Assembly: GCA_963676835.2 (NCBI GenBank)
Contig: CAXXFF010000002.1
Location: 1,280,001 to 1,344,000, forward strand
DNA from: Marispirochaeta sp.
GTDB lineage: Bacteria > Spirochaetota > Spirochaetia > JC444 > Marispirochaetaceae
Length of the DNA stretch: 64,000 bases
Direction of reading: 5' to 3'
Below the pieces are notes generated by a model. That model searched no databases. It was not told the DNA's origin and was given only the letters and a program-made list of their open reading frames with translations. Shown in pieces: positions 38,230 to 45,985 of the stretch. Made by a program: the position numbers and the translations under genes. Every line of letters begins with the position of its first letter. The stretch's first letter is position 1.

Positions 38230-38655
38230 TTGAAAAAGAGCTATACCGTTTCTCCCGATATCATGAATGCAGCAGGTGAAGTTTCAACACATGTCAAAAA
38301 ACTTCTGCAGCAGCTGGGAGTTTCCCAGAAAGATGTCCGCCGATTTTCTGTTGCCCTGTATGAAGGGGAGATTAATATGGCTGTGCATGCCGGCGGAGGC
38401 ACCGCGGAGATAGTTATAGCCACCGACCGTATTGAAGCTGTCTTAAAGGATAACGGGCCGGGGATTCCCGATATTGATCTTGCCATGCAGGAAGGGTTCT
38501 CCACTGCCAGCGAGTATGTCAGAGAACTTGGTTTCGGAGCAGGAATGGGGCTTCCCAATATGAAGCGATCCACAGATCTGTTTACCCTGAAGTCTGTTCC
38601 CGGTGAAGGTACAACAGTCAGTTTTACGGTTATTCTCAATGGAGGAGCTGAATGA
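38230..38655 (+). CDS. Anti-sigma/Ser-Thr kinase-type HATPase (RsbT-like)
   Basis: YEGEINMAVHAGGG, DNGPGIPDIDLAMQEGFSTA, GFGAGMGLPNMKR. Confidence 0.88.
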   Translation: MKKSYTVSPDIMNAAGEVSTHVKKLLQQLGVSQKDVRRFSVALYEGEINMAVHAGGGTAEIVIATDRIEAVLKDNGPGIPDIDLAMQEGFSTASEYVRELGFGAGMGLPNMKRSTDLFTLKSVPGEGTTVSFTVILNGGAE

Positions 38656-39920
38656 CCCGTCACTCGGTAACTCTGCTGGAGGAGCGCTGTAAAGGCTGTA
38701 CCCGCTGTGTTACCTCCTGTCCCACAGAAGCTATCCGGGTGAGGGACGGAAAAGCTCATATTATGACAGAGCGCTGCATAGACTGCGGGGAATGCATCCG
38801 GGTTTGCCCCCATCATGCCAAGACGGTCCACTCAATATCTGCAGAAGAGGCCCTGGCTCTTCCCAAGCCGGTTGCCCTGGTGCCTCCCAGTTTTTACGGA
38901 CAGTTTAAACGGTCAATCCCCACAGGAGCCCTCCTGGGGGCACTGCAGTCAATAGGTTTTGTAGATGCTGCAGAGGTTGCCCTGGCGGCAGAGCTGGTAA
39001 CTGAGGCCACTGCTGAAGTGCTGGAAAAAGGAAATATTCCCCTGCCGGTAATTTCGTCTTCCTGTCCTGCCATTGTACGCCTTATGGAGGTCCGTTTTCC
39101 GGCACTTCTGCCCCATCTTGTCCCTCTGCCTTCCCCCATGGAGGTTGCAGCCAGAATGGTGAAAGAGAAATACGGGGACGATGCTTCGCCGGTGTTTCTT
39201 ACCCCCTGTCCGGCAAAAATAACCGACAGTAACCATCCTCTTTTTTCCAGAGATACCGCAGTTGCTGCAGCTGTTCCCGTCCGGGATATCTTTGCTTCCG
39301 TTGTGCGGGAAATCGGCGATGCCTCAATTGCTCCCCGGGCGGGTAAAACCGGTATCCTCTGGGGCAGAAGCGGCGGAGAAAGCCGGGGAGTTGCCCCCGG
39401 GGAAGGGATCGCCGTTGACGGCCTGCGTAATGTAGCTCTGCTGCTGGAACGGGTGGATAAGGGCAATGTTGAAGGTATTACCTTTATCGAGGTAATGGCC
39501 TGCCCCGGCGGCTGTGTAGGCGGTGCGCTGCAGGTGGAAAATCCCTTTATCGCCCGTCCCCGTCTTGTTTTGAGAGCGGAACAGGCCGGTGAAATTCCGG
39601 AAGCCCGCATGCCTGAATTCGGTCATGATATTGTGGACGGTGAAGTCATGGTAAAAGAGAACCCTGTAATGGCTCTTGATGATGACCCCATGCAGGCACT
39701 GGAAAAACTGGAACGCCTTGAAGCGCTTTCCGAAGATCTGCCCTCCCTGGACTGCGGCTCCTGCGGAGCCCCCAACTGCCGGGCCCTGGCGGAAGATATT
39801 GTGCAGGGCAGGGGCAAGGACACGGACTGTGTTTTTATTCTGCGGCAGAAACTGAGGAAGCTTACTGAAGAGATGCTTGCTCTGGATGATCAGCGCTGGC
39901 TGAGCAGCAAGAAAGAGTAG
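38652..39920 (+). CDS. [FeFe]-hydrogenase-like protein, putative sensory type (2x4Fe-4S, H-domain, C-terminal FeS)
   Basis: CKGCTRCVTSCP and CIDCGECIRVCP; SSSCPA, TPCPAK, EVMACPGGCVGG; C-x2-C-x4-C-x16-C tail. Confidence 0.85.
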   Translation: MTRHSVTLLEERCKGCTRCVTSCPTEAIRVRDGKAHIMTERCIDCGECIRVCPHHAKTVHSISAEEALALPKPVALVPPSFYGQFKRSIPTGALLGALQSIGFVDAAEVALAAELVTEATAEVLEKGNIPLPVISSSCPAIVRLMEVRFPALLPHLVPLPSPMEVAARMVKEKYGDDASPVFLTPCPAKITDSNHPLFSRDTAVAAAVPVRDIFASVVREIGDASIAPRAGKTGILWGRSGGESRGVAPGEGIAVDGLRNVALLLERVDKGNVEGITFIEVMACPGGCVGGALQVENPFIARPRLVLRAEQAGEIPEARMPEFGHDIVDGEVMVKENPVMALDDDPMQALEKLERLEALSEDLPSLDCGSCGAPNCRALAEDIVQGRGKDTDCVFILRQKLRKLTEEMLALDDQRWLSSKKE

Positions 39921-39929
39921 TTTAATCCG

Positions 39930-40101
39930 TACAATAATTTCGCATCTCTTGAAGTAAACAGCCATAATTTTTGGTTCTTTTCTGTATGTGCATTAGTTTT
40001 GACAGCTTATACCGGCTTCCATCCGACCCTCACCCCCGACCCCTCTCCCAGGGGGCGAGGGGGGATAGAAATAGGAGGTGAGGTTGCACTACCGTGATGG
40101 G
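39930..40101 (+). repeat. ~170-bp direct repeat, copy 1 (leader, left BoxC-like repeat 40027-40064, RBS, DUF559 5' stub)
   Basis: Aligns by eye to 40976-41146; core CCCTCACCCCCGACCCCTCTCCCAGGGGGCGAGGGGGGATAGAAA identical. Confidence 0.9.
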
Positions 40102-40104
40102 ATG

Positions 40105-40141
40105 AAAGAAGCAGCCGGTATGGAAGTTCCCGGCTGCTTTT
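40105..40141. terminator. Bidirectional-looking terminator of the cargo lipoprotein gene
   Basis: AAGCAGCCGG/CCGGCTGCTT stem flanked by A and T runs. Confidence 0.7.
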
Positions 40142-40169
40142 ATAAATATCGAAGAGCGTACAATGAATA

Positions 40170-40637
40170 TTATATTTGAGTAAAATCGCTGCTGTAAGTT
40201 TTGGTTACTGTAGTGTTGCCGTCTACAGTAACCGATGTTTCGAGATAATAGTCACCGCTTGAGGGGCCTGATTCGGTTCCGCTGCTATCCTCATCGCTGA
40301 TTATGTAAATATCATATGAAGTTCCGCCAGTGCCGGTCCATGCTGAACCTGTTGTTCCTCCGGCTCCATCACTTGCTTCAAGTGTTACAGATAAAGTCCC
40401 GCCTGTTCCGGTTCCGGAACCCGCTGCCAGGAAATCTGCTGTCTGGGGATCGGCGCCATCAGCAAAAAGACCGAAAGTTACGGTAATACCATTAGGGCTG
40501 GTTAAGATTTCAACGGTTACTGTACCGTCTTCGGCTGTGGATCCTGATGAACCTGAACCACCCTCACTGCAGCTTGTAAAAAACAAAAGAAGTACAATCA
40601 TTAGAGGGAGGATGATTTTGAAAGGACAATTTTTCAT
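40170..40637 (-). CDS. Acidic Ser/Thr/Gly-rich lipoprotein (cargo)
   Basis: AGGAG RBS; lipobox LFFTSC; beta-rich mature part. Confidence 0.75.
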   Translation of the reverse strand: MKNCPFKIILPLMIVLLLFFTSCSEGGSGSSGSTAEDGTVTVEILTSPNGITVTFGLFADGADPQTADFLAAGSGTGTGGTLSVTLEASDGAGGTTGSAWTGTGGTSYDIYIISDEDSSGTESGPSSGDYYLETSVTVDGNTTVTKTYSSDFTQI

Positions 40638-40801
40638 AAGTCAACTCCTATTAATTGATGAGTAATTATAAATGAGAATTGTTATCATAGCAAATTAATT
40701 GATATATTGAAGACTGGCTTTGCAGTGATTTCATACTTTTCTAATCAGATAGTTATTGTATAACCACTTATATACAGTGATGTTGATAGGTGTTAATTGC
40801 A

Positions 40802-40840
40802 CTCTCTCCCTTTTTTTTAAGAAGGGCCGGGGTGAGGGGG
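40802..40840 (-). repeat. Decayed right-hand BoxC-like repeat of unit 1
   Basis: AGGGCCGGGGTGAGGGGG identical to 41512-41529; hairpin part degenerate. Confidence 0.75.
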
Positions 40841-40975
40841 AGCGCCGGAAAGTATATTTCTATATATTAGAATACCTTTTCAGCGGAATCCAGAGAGAAT
40901 GATTATTTGCAAAAATTGTATAAAAAGTGCTTTCACTAACAGCGCTATCTGAGCAGCAAGAAAATAACCAATTTT

Positions 40976-41146
40976 TACAAGAATCTCGGATCTTTTGAAG
41001 TAAACAGCCGTAATCTTGGTTCTTATCGGTATGTGCATTAGTTTTGGCCGCTTGTACCGGCTTTCTTCCAACCCTCACCCCCGACCCCTCTCCCAGGGGG
41101 CGAGGGGGGATAGAAACAGGAGGTGAGGATGCACTACCGGGATGGG
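40976..41146 (+). repeat. ~170-bp direct repeat, copy 2 (left BoxC-like repeat 41072-41109)
   Basis: Aligns to 39930-40101 at an offset of about 1045 bp. Confidence 0.9.
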
Positions 41147-41524
41147 GTAAATAAATCCTACTTGCTGGATGCTGTGCGGGTATTACGCAGGAGGGAGACC
41201 GGAGCTGAGAAGTTGGCCTGGCAGGTTTTGAGAAACAGGAATATCAAGGGGCTTAAATTCCGAAGGCAGCATCAGATCGGCTCATACATCGTTGATTTCT
41301 ATTGCAATGAACTCAAGCTGATAATTGAACTTGATGGTGGAATACACCTGGATCCGGAACAAAAAGAGAAAGATCGTCATCGTGATGACTATTTACGATC
41401 CAGCGGTTTTACTGTCCTACGTTTTCCGAATAATACTGTGTTACAGAATATAGTTGGCTTTATAACGGCGATAGAAGCCTTCACTTCTCAACCACCCTCT
41501 CCCTCTGGGAGAGGGCCGGGGTGA
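41129..41524 (+). CDS. DUF559 (Vsr-like) endonuclease-domain protein
   Basis: ETGAEKLAWQVLR, FRRQHQIGSYIVDFYC, IELDGGIH, RDDYL..GFTVLRF; AGGAGG RBS favours ATG 41129; C-terminus PPSPSGRGPG is encoded by the right repeat. Confidence 0.9.
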   Translation: MHYRDGVNKSYLLDAVRVLRRRETGAEKLAWQVLRNRNIKGLKFRRQHQIGSYIVDFYCNELKLIIELDGGIHLDPEQKEKDRHRDDYLRSSGFTVLRFPNNTVLQNIVGFITAIEAFTSQPPSPSGRGPG

Positions 41525-41529
41525 GGGGG
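41495..41529 (-). repeat. Right-hand BoxC-like repeat of unit 2
   Basis: CCCTCTCCC-TCT-GGGAGAGGG hairpin plus CCGGGGTGAGGGGG tail, inverted relative to the left copies. Confidence 0.85.
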
Positions 41530-41530
41530 C

Positions 41531-41592
41531 GCGTCAGAAGCTGAGGACTTACCCTGGATGATCAGCGCTGGTTAAGCAGCAAGAAAGAGTAG
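41531..41592 (+). pseudogene. Orphan duplicate of the last ~26 codons of the hydrogenase-like gene
   Basis: Still reads ...LDDQRWLSSKKE*; substitutions are synonymous, with two deletions. Confidence 0.85.
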
Positions 41593-41593
41593 C

Positions 41594-41983
41594 CTAGTCC
41601 ACACACCCGGGTATTTTCTCGCCCATCCGGGGAGGCACTTCAGCCTTGTTTCCGTTACAGTCCACGCAGGCAAAAGTGACAGTGGTGCTGAACACCAGGG
41701 TTTCTTCTTTCGCCCCGGGCTCGTCAGACCAGACATCCACGTTATAGGTTAGGGATGTTCGTCCATGTCGTATTTCATTTACATCAAAGCGAAGAATTGA
41801 TCCTACAGGTACGGGGTGGCGGAATTCTATCTTGTCCATGGCCCGGGTAACCAGCTGGCATCCGGGGTACTCCTTGGCTGCCACCAGCCAGGCATATTCG
41901 TCCACCCATTTGAGCATCTGACCGCCGAAGAGGTTGTCGTGATGGTTCAGGTGCTCCATGCGTACAATTGTATAAGTTTCCAC
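41594..41983 (-). CDS. Hotdog-fold acyl-CoA thioesterase (YciA-like)
   Basis: HLNHHDNLFGGQMLKWVDE, VTRAMDKIEF, GRTSL. Confidence 0.9.
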   Translation of the reverse strand: METYTIVRMEHLNHHDNLFGGQMLKWVDEYAWLVAAKEYPGCQLVTRAMDKIEFRHPVPVGSILRFDVNEIRHGRTSLTYNVDVWSDEPGAKEETLVFSTTVTFACVDCNGNKAEVPPRMGEKIPGCVD

Positions 41984-42070
41984 ATGCCTACTATACCGCT
42001 TCTGCTCTTCCGGGGCAATTAATTTGCATCCTGAATCTCTATGAGTATTATCTAGGTAAGGGGGCGGTTT

Positions 42071-42808
42071 GTGCTGGCAGATTTAACAGGTTTTTTACGC
42101 GACTGGGAATTTGATGGCGAGAATACGGTGCGCATGCTTACGACCATTGACGGCCGGGAGATTATGCAGGTACGGCTGCCTCTGGGAGTGGAGCAGATCG
42201 AGCTCGAAGGGAGGCCCGACGGGATCTGTCCCGATGGGTATGATACGGCCCTGGATCTCTGCCGCTCCCGTCTGGCCCAGTCTGAAGGGGAGGGGAATTC
42301 CCGGGAGCTGACAGCGGATGAGTTTCTCCTGCTTCAGGGCGAAGGGATGCTCTTTTATCAGCGCTATCTGGTTCTTTTTCAGATTGGAGAGTACAGCCGT
42401 ACCGTCAGGGATACGGATCATAACCTTGCTCTTTGTGACTTTGTTGAACAACACTACCCTGGAGAGGACAGGGTTGCCCTGCTTCAGTACCGCCCGTATA
42501 TCCTCCGGGTTAATGCAGTTTCCCGTGCAATGCTTGATTTAAACGACGGGAACGCCGAATCAGCAAGAAAACGACTTGAAAATACGGCGGAAATCGTCAA
42601 AAATATGAGCGGCGTTGCAAGTCCCATTTTTGAATTTGAAAAGCTGAGGGCAATTCAGCATCTGAATGCTATACTGGATCAGATACAGGAACGTTCCTTA
42701 AGTAAACGGGATCTGCTGGAGCGGGAACTGCACGATGCAGTGGAACGGGAGGAGTACGAACGTGCCGCCCGTATCCGTGACCAGCTTAAGGAACTCGGCG
42801 ACCAATAG
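42071..42808 (+). CDS. Protein with C-terminal UvrB/UvrC (UVR) motif
   Basis: LHDAVEREEYERAARIRDQL; N-terminal QVRLPLGVEQIELEGRPDG. Confidence 0.8.
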   Translation: MLADLTGFLRDWEFDGENTVRMLTTIDGREIMQVRLPLGVEQIELEGRPDGICPDGYDTALDLCRSRLAQSEGEGNSRELTADEFLLLQGEGMLFYQRYLVLFQIGEYSRTVRDTDHNLALCDFVEQHYPGEDRVALLQYRPYILRVNAVSRAMLDLNDGNAESARKRLENTAEIVKNMSGVASPIFEFEKLRAIQHLNAILDQIQERSLSKRDLLERELHDAVEREEYERAARIRDQLKELGDQ

Positions 42809-42841
42809 CTCCAGGCAGCTTCAAGGTAGAAATTAGAAAGC

Positions 42842-43531
42842 GTGAAAAAGGTTTATAAAGAGATTATCTCCGATATTATCAACTCCGTCCGTGACCAGGA
42901 TTTTGCTCCGGGAGACCGACTGCCCCCGGAAAGGGACTTTGCCGAGAAGTTCGGGGTTTCCCGGGCATCCGTAAGAGAAGCACTTCGGGTTATGGAGATT
43001 GTGGGACTCATAGAGACCCGCAGGGGCGGTGGTTCGTATATCACCGAGCTGAATATTATTCCTTTTCTCAGTACTCTGGCGCCGTTGTTTGTAGAGAGAA
43101 AGGGCCTTGCGTTCGAACTGCTGGATCTTCGCTTTCTCATGGAGCTGAAAGCTGCGGAGCTTGCGGCCATAAAGATGACTCCCATTAAAGCCAGCTACCT
43201 GATGGAACCGATTGAGCGGATGAAACGGGCGGTTATTGAAGAAAAGGCCGATCTCAGTGCCAAAGCGGACATAGAGTTTCATGAACGTATCTTTGAGATT
43301 GCCGATCATTTTGTGCTGCAGCGGAGTGCCGAGTTCGTAACCACCCTGCTGGAGATCAGCATCAAGGGGCGGCGCCATCTTGTTCTGGAGCGAGCGGAAA
43401 ATCCTTCCGAGCTGTATGATCAGCATAAAGAGATATACGATGCCATTGTAACCGGAAAGCCCGAAGAGGCTTCGGACCGAATGAAAAAGCATCTTAATCT
43501 GGTACTGGAGCTCTACCGCAAAGAGCAGTAG
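42842..43531 (+). CDS. FadR/GntR-family regulator
   Basis: PGDRLPPERDFAEKFGVSRASVREAL, RRGGGSYI, ADIEFH. Confidence 0.92.
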   Translation: MKKVYKEIISDIINSVRDQDFAPGDRLPPERDFAEKFGVSRASVREALRVMEIVGLIETRRGGGSYITELNIIPFLSTLAPLFVERKGLAFELLDLRFLMELKAAELAAIKMTPIKASYLMEPIERMKRAVIEEKADLSAKADIEFHERIFEIADHFVLQRSAEFVTTLLEISIKGRRHLVLERAENPSELYDQHKEIYDAIVTGKPEEASDRMKKHLNLVLELYRKEQ

Positions 43532-43570
43532 AGCCCGGTTTCCGTCTATATCTTTTTAATAGCCTGTCTG

Positions 43571-45940
43571 CTATTCCTCTTCAGCAAGGGGTTCCATAAG
43601 CAGAATTCCTTCCGACTTCATCAGGGAATATATCATTGCGGCTCTGTTTAATTTCTGAAGTTGAGCCAGTGATTCCATATTCTGAAGCGGTGCAGACAGG
43701 GTTTCTGTCATGCGCATTGAAAAGGGAACATCCCGGTAGGAGTAGTCTACCAGCATGTATTCACCATTGATTCCGGATTTCTCAGCGGCGGTCTCTATAG
43801 CGCTGAAGAGACCTCCTAACTGGTCTACCAGTCCCCGCTCCAGTGCCTGGCGCCCTGTCCATACTCTTCCCTGGGCATATTCGTTAACCTTCTCCTTCTC
43901 CATGGATCTGCCGTCGGCCACGGTCTGAAGAAAAAGATCGTAAATATAATCTACTGATTCCTTTATTCTCGCAGTCTGCTCCTCGCTGAAAGGAGTAAGG
44001 GGATTGAAGAAGCCTGCGTTTGGTGCTGTTTCCACAGTATCTGTTCTGACTCCGTATTTCTCCAGCAGCCCGCTGAACTCGGGAAAAGCTGCGTACACGC
44101 CGATTGACCCGGTTATACTGACCGGGGAAGCTATAATGGTATCTGCGTAGGCAGCAATGTAGTAGCCTCCTGAAGCACCGGCGCCTGCAATGGATACGAT
44201 TACCGGTTTGCCCGCCTCTGTGGTCAACTTTACTTCCCGGGCGATAATATCCGAGGCCATTGAGGATCCCCCGCCGGAATCGATCCGCAGAACCACTGCT
44301 TTTACAAAGGGGTTCTCCCGTGCAGCCCGGATTGCAGAACTCAGACTGTCTGCTCCAATAGTTGATCCGGGAATTCCCTGGCCGGGAACAATCAGCCCGA
44401 CTGCATAAATGAGGGCAATCTGCTGAAAATAGGGTTCGCTCCAGTCTTTCCTGTAGGGCGGCAGGAAGTTTCCCCCTGTTATGACCGGATGTTTATGAAA
44501 ACCGGTCAGTTTGTCAGTAAGCTCATCCGGGTAGATAACGCCGTCAATAAGACCGGCTTCCACTGCCTGTGAGCTGACAAAGTAGGGCCCCCGGGCGGCC
44601 AGTTCTTTGATGGGGGCCGATAGCTTGCCCTGCCGACCGCTGCTTATAAAACCAAGCAGGGACTCATAGATGTCACTGTAGAAGAGCTCCAGCACTTCCC
44701 TCTCTTCAGCGGTCATCTCCGGCTCGGAAAAACCGTTCATGGCTGTTTTGTAGGGGTGGGATCGGATGTTGTGGACTTTTATGCCGAAGGCATCCAGCAG
44801 GCCCTTGAAGTAGAGTTTATCTGTACCTATTCCGGTAAGGTTAACGGTACCCATCTTGTTCATGTACACCGCATCCCCTGTGGCGGCGGCAAGTACATAA
44901 TTTTGAAGGCTGATATTCTCAAAATAGTAGACTATCTTTTTGCCTTCTTCACGAAAGCGGTTGAGGCTTTCTATGAGCTCGCTGTACCCGGCCCAGCTCA
45001 ACTGAAAGTTGGCATTCTTTAATACCAGACCTTTTATGGCCGGATTATTCTTGAGCTCTTCAATCTCTTTCAGTACTTCATACAGGGTGGGATTCTGTGC
45101 AGAAAAGAGAGAGAATCCCCGGGAAGGTTCTTCGACAATGATCTTGCCTGGATTGAAATTCACATAGGGGTCAGTTACCGGGAGAACCGGGGTAGTGTAA
45201 TTTCTACCTCCCAGGTGTACATATGCATAACCCCTGGTGTCGTTGTCTGCAATGGTTCCGAATCTGCTGATCCCCATACTGTAACTGATTCCGGCACTGA
45301 TCTGGTTTGTCCCGGTGTTATAGCTTGCCTGAAGCTCAACTCCGGGTACCAGGCTGCTGGTTGCACCGATAATCGGTTCTGAGAATCCATCTTCCCAGGG
45401 AAAATCCATACTCAGGCTCAGAATCCCCGGGTTTTTGTCCAGTGAGGCAAAGGGGCGCAGGCCGAGGCCTGCCAGCCCGTACATTCCGGAGGTAAAGAGT
45501 TTTTCAGCAGTCCCTGCAAATGAGAAGTAATCCGATGGTCTGCTCAGAATGCTCAGGCCTCCCGCCGGTGCTCCTATGTCGCTGTTATCCCAGGAAAACC
45601 GGAATCCTGCATAGGTATTGGGGAGGATCTCTGCCGCACTGAGAATATTATGGTTGAACGAGGTGTCCTGCTTGTCAAAATAGTAGCCCAGGCTGCTGCC
45701 GGAGAGCTGAAAAACAAAATCGGAGAATAACTCCGGCTCTTCTCCGTTTTCTGAATCAAGCTGATAGGGCTGAATATAGGCTATTCCCCCTGCATTCCCG
45801 TAAGCCATGGCGGCTGGGTTGATGCGTATGCTGAGAAAGTCATCGCCGACGGCACTGCCTGGAAAATCAACGGCGTAAACAAGGGATATAATTGAAAGAA
45901 AGAGAAGAGTAAGGGGGCTCTTTTTCACCTGGGACTCCAT
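43571..45940 (-). CDS. sppA: Signal peptide peptidase SppA (two S49 domains) with an extra N-terminal beta-rich domain
   Basis: YKTA lysine motif, RIDSGGGS, ASGGYYIA, TGSIGV, AQGRVWTGRQA. Confidence 0.9.
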   Translation of the reverse strand: MESQVKKSPLTLLFLSIISLVYAVDFPGSAVGDDFLSIRINPAAMAYGNAGGIAYIQPYQLDSENGEEPELFSDFVFQLSGSSLGYYFDKQDTSFNHNILSAAEILPNTYAGFRFSWDNSDIGAPAGGLSILSRPSDYFSFAGTAEKLFTSGMYGLAGLGLRPFASLDKNPGILSLSMDFPWEDGFSEPIIGATSSLVPGVELQASYNTGTNQISAGISYSMGISRFGTIADNDTRGYAYVHLGGRNYTTPVLPVTDPYVNFNPGKIIVEEPSRGFSLFSAQNPTLYEVLKEIEELKNNPAIKGLVLKNANFQLSWAGYSELIESLNRFREEGKKIVYYFENISLQNYVLAAATGDAVYMNKMGTVNLTGIGTDKLYFKGLLDAFGIKVHNIRSHPYKTAMNGFSEPEMTAEEREVLELFYSDIYESLLGFISSGRQGKLSAPIKELAARGPYFVSSQAVEAGLIDGVIYPDELTDKLTGFHKHPVITGGNFLPPYRKDWSEPYFQQIALIYAVGLIVPGQGIPGSTIGADSLSSAIRAARENPFVKAVVLRIDSGGGSSMASDIIAREVKLTTEAGKPVIVSIAGAGASGGYYIAAYADTIIASPVSITGSIGVYAAFPEFSGLLEKYGVRTDTVETAPNAGFFNPLTPFSEEQTARIKESVDYIYDLFLQTVADGRSMEKEKVNEYAQGRVWTGRQALERGLVDQLGGLFSAIETAAEKSGINGEYMLVDYSYRDVPFSMRMTETLSAPLQNMESLAQLQKLNRAAMIYSLMKSEGILLMEPLAEEE

Positions 45941-45985
45941 TTTTTCGTATAGTCTTTAAAAGATACGGTCAGCCTTAACGGGGGG

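Larger units (their letters stand above)
39921..41592. mobile_element. Candidate DUF559/BoxC-like islet inserted at the hydrogenase 3' end, two tandem units
   Basis: Bounded by two copies of the gene end (39842-39920 vs 41531-41592); internal ~170-bp direct repeat; four BoxC-like repeats; AT-rich interior. Confidence 0.65.

Noticed and set aside
40860..41078. Short minus-strand ORFs within the repeated leader
   Set aside because: The frame is broken by an indel in the other copy and there is no RBS; a few silent-looking changes hint at a decayed gene, but evidence is insufficient
39921..41592. Classical IS element, integron or prophage remnant
   Set aside because: No transposase, integrase or phage gene, no attC-like pattern and no short target-site duplication; reported instead as a DUF559/repeat islet
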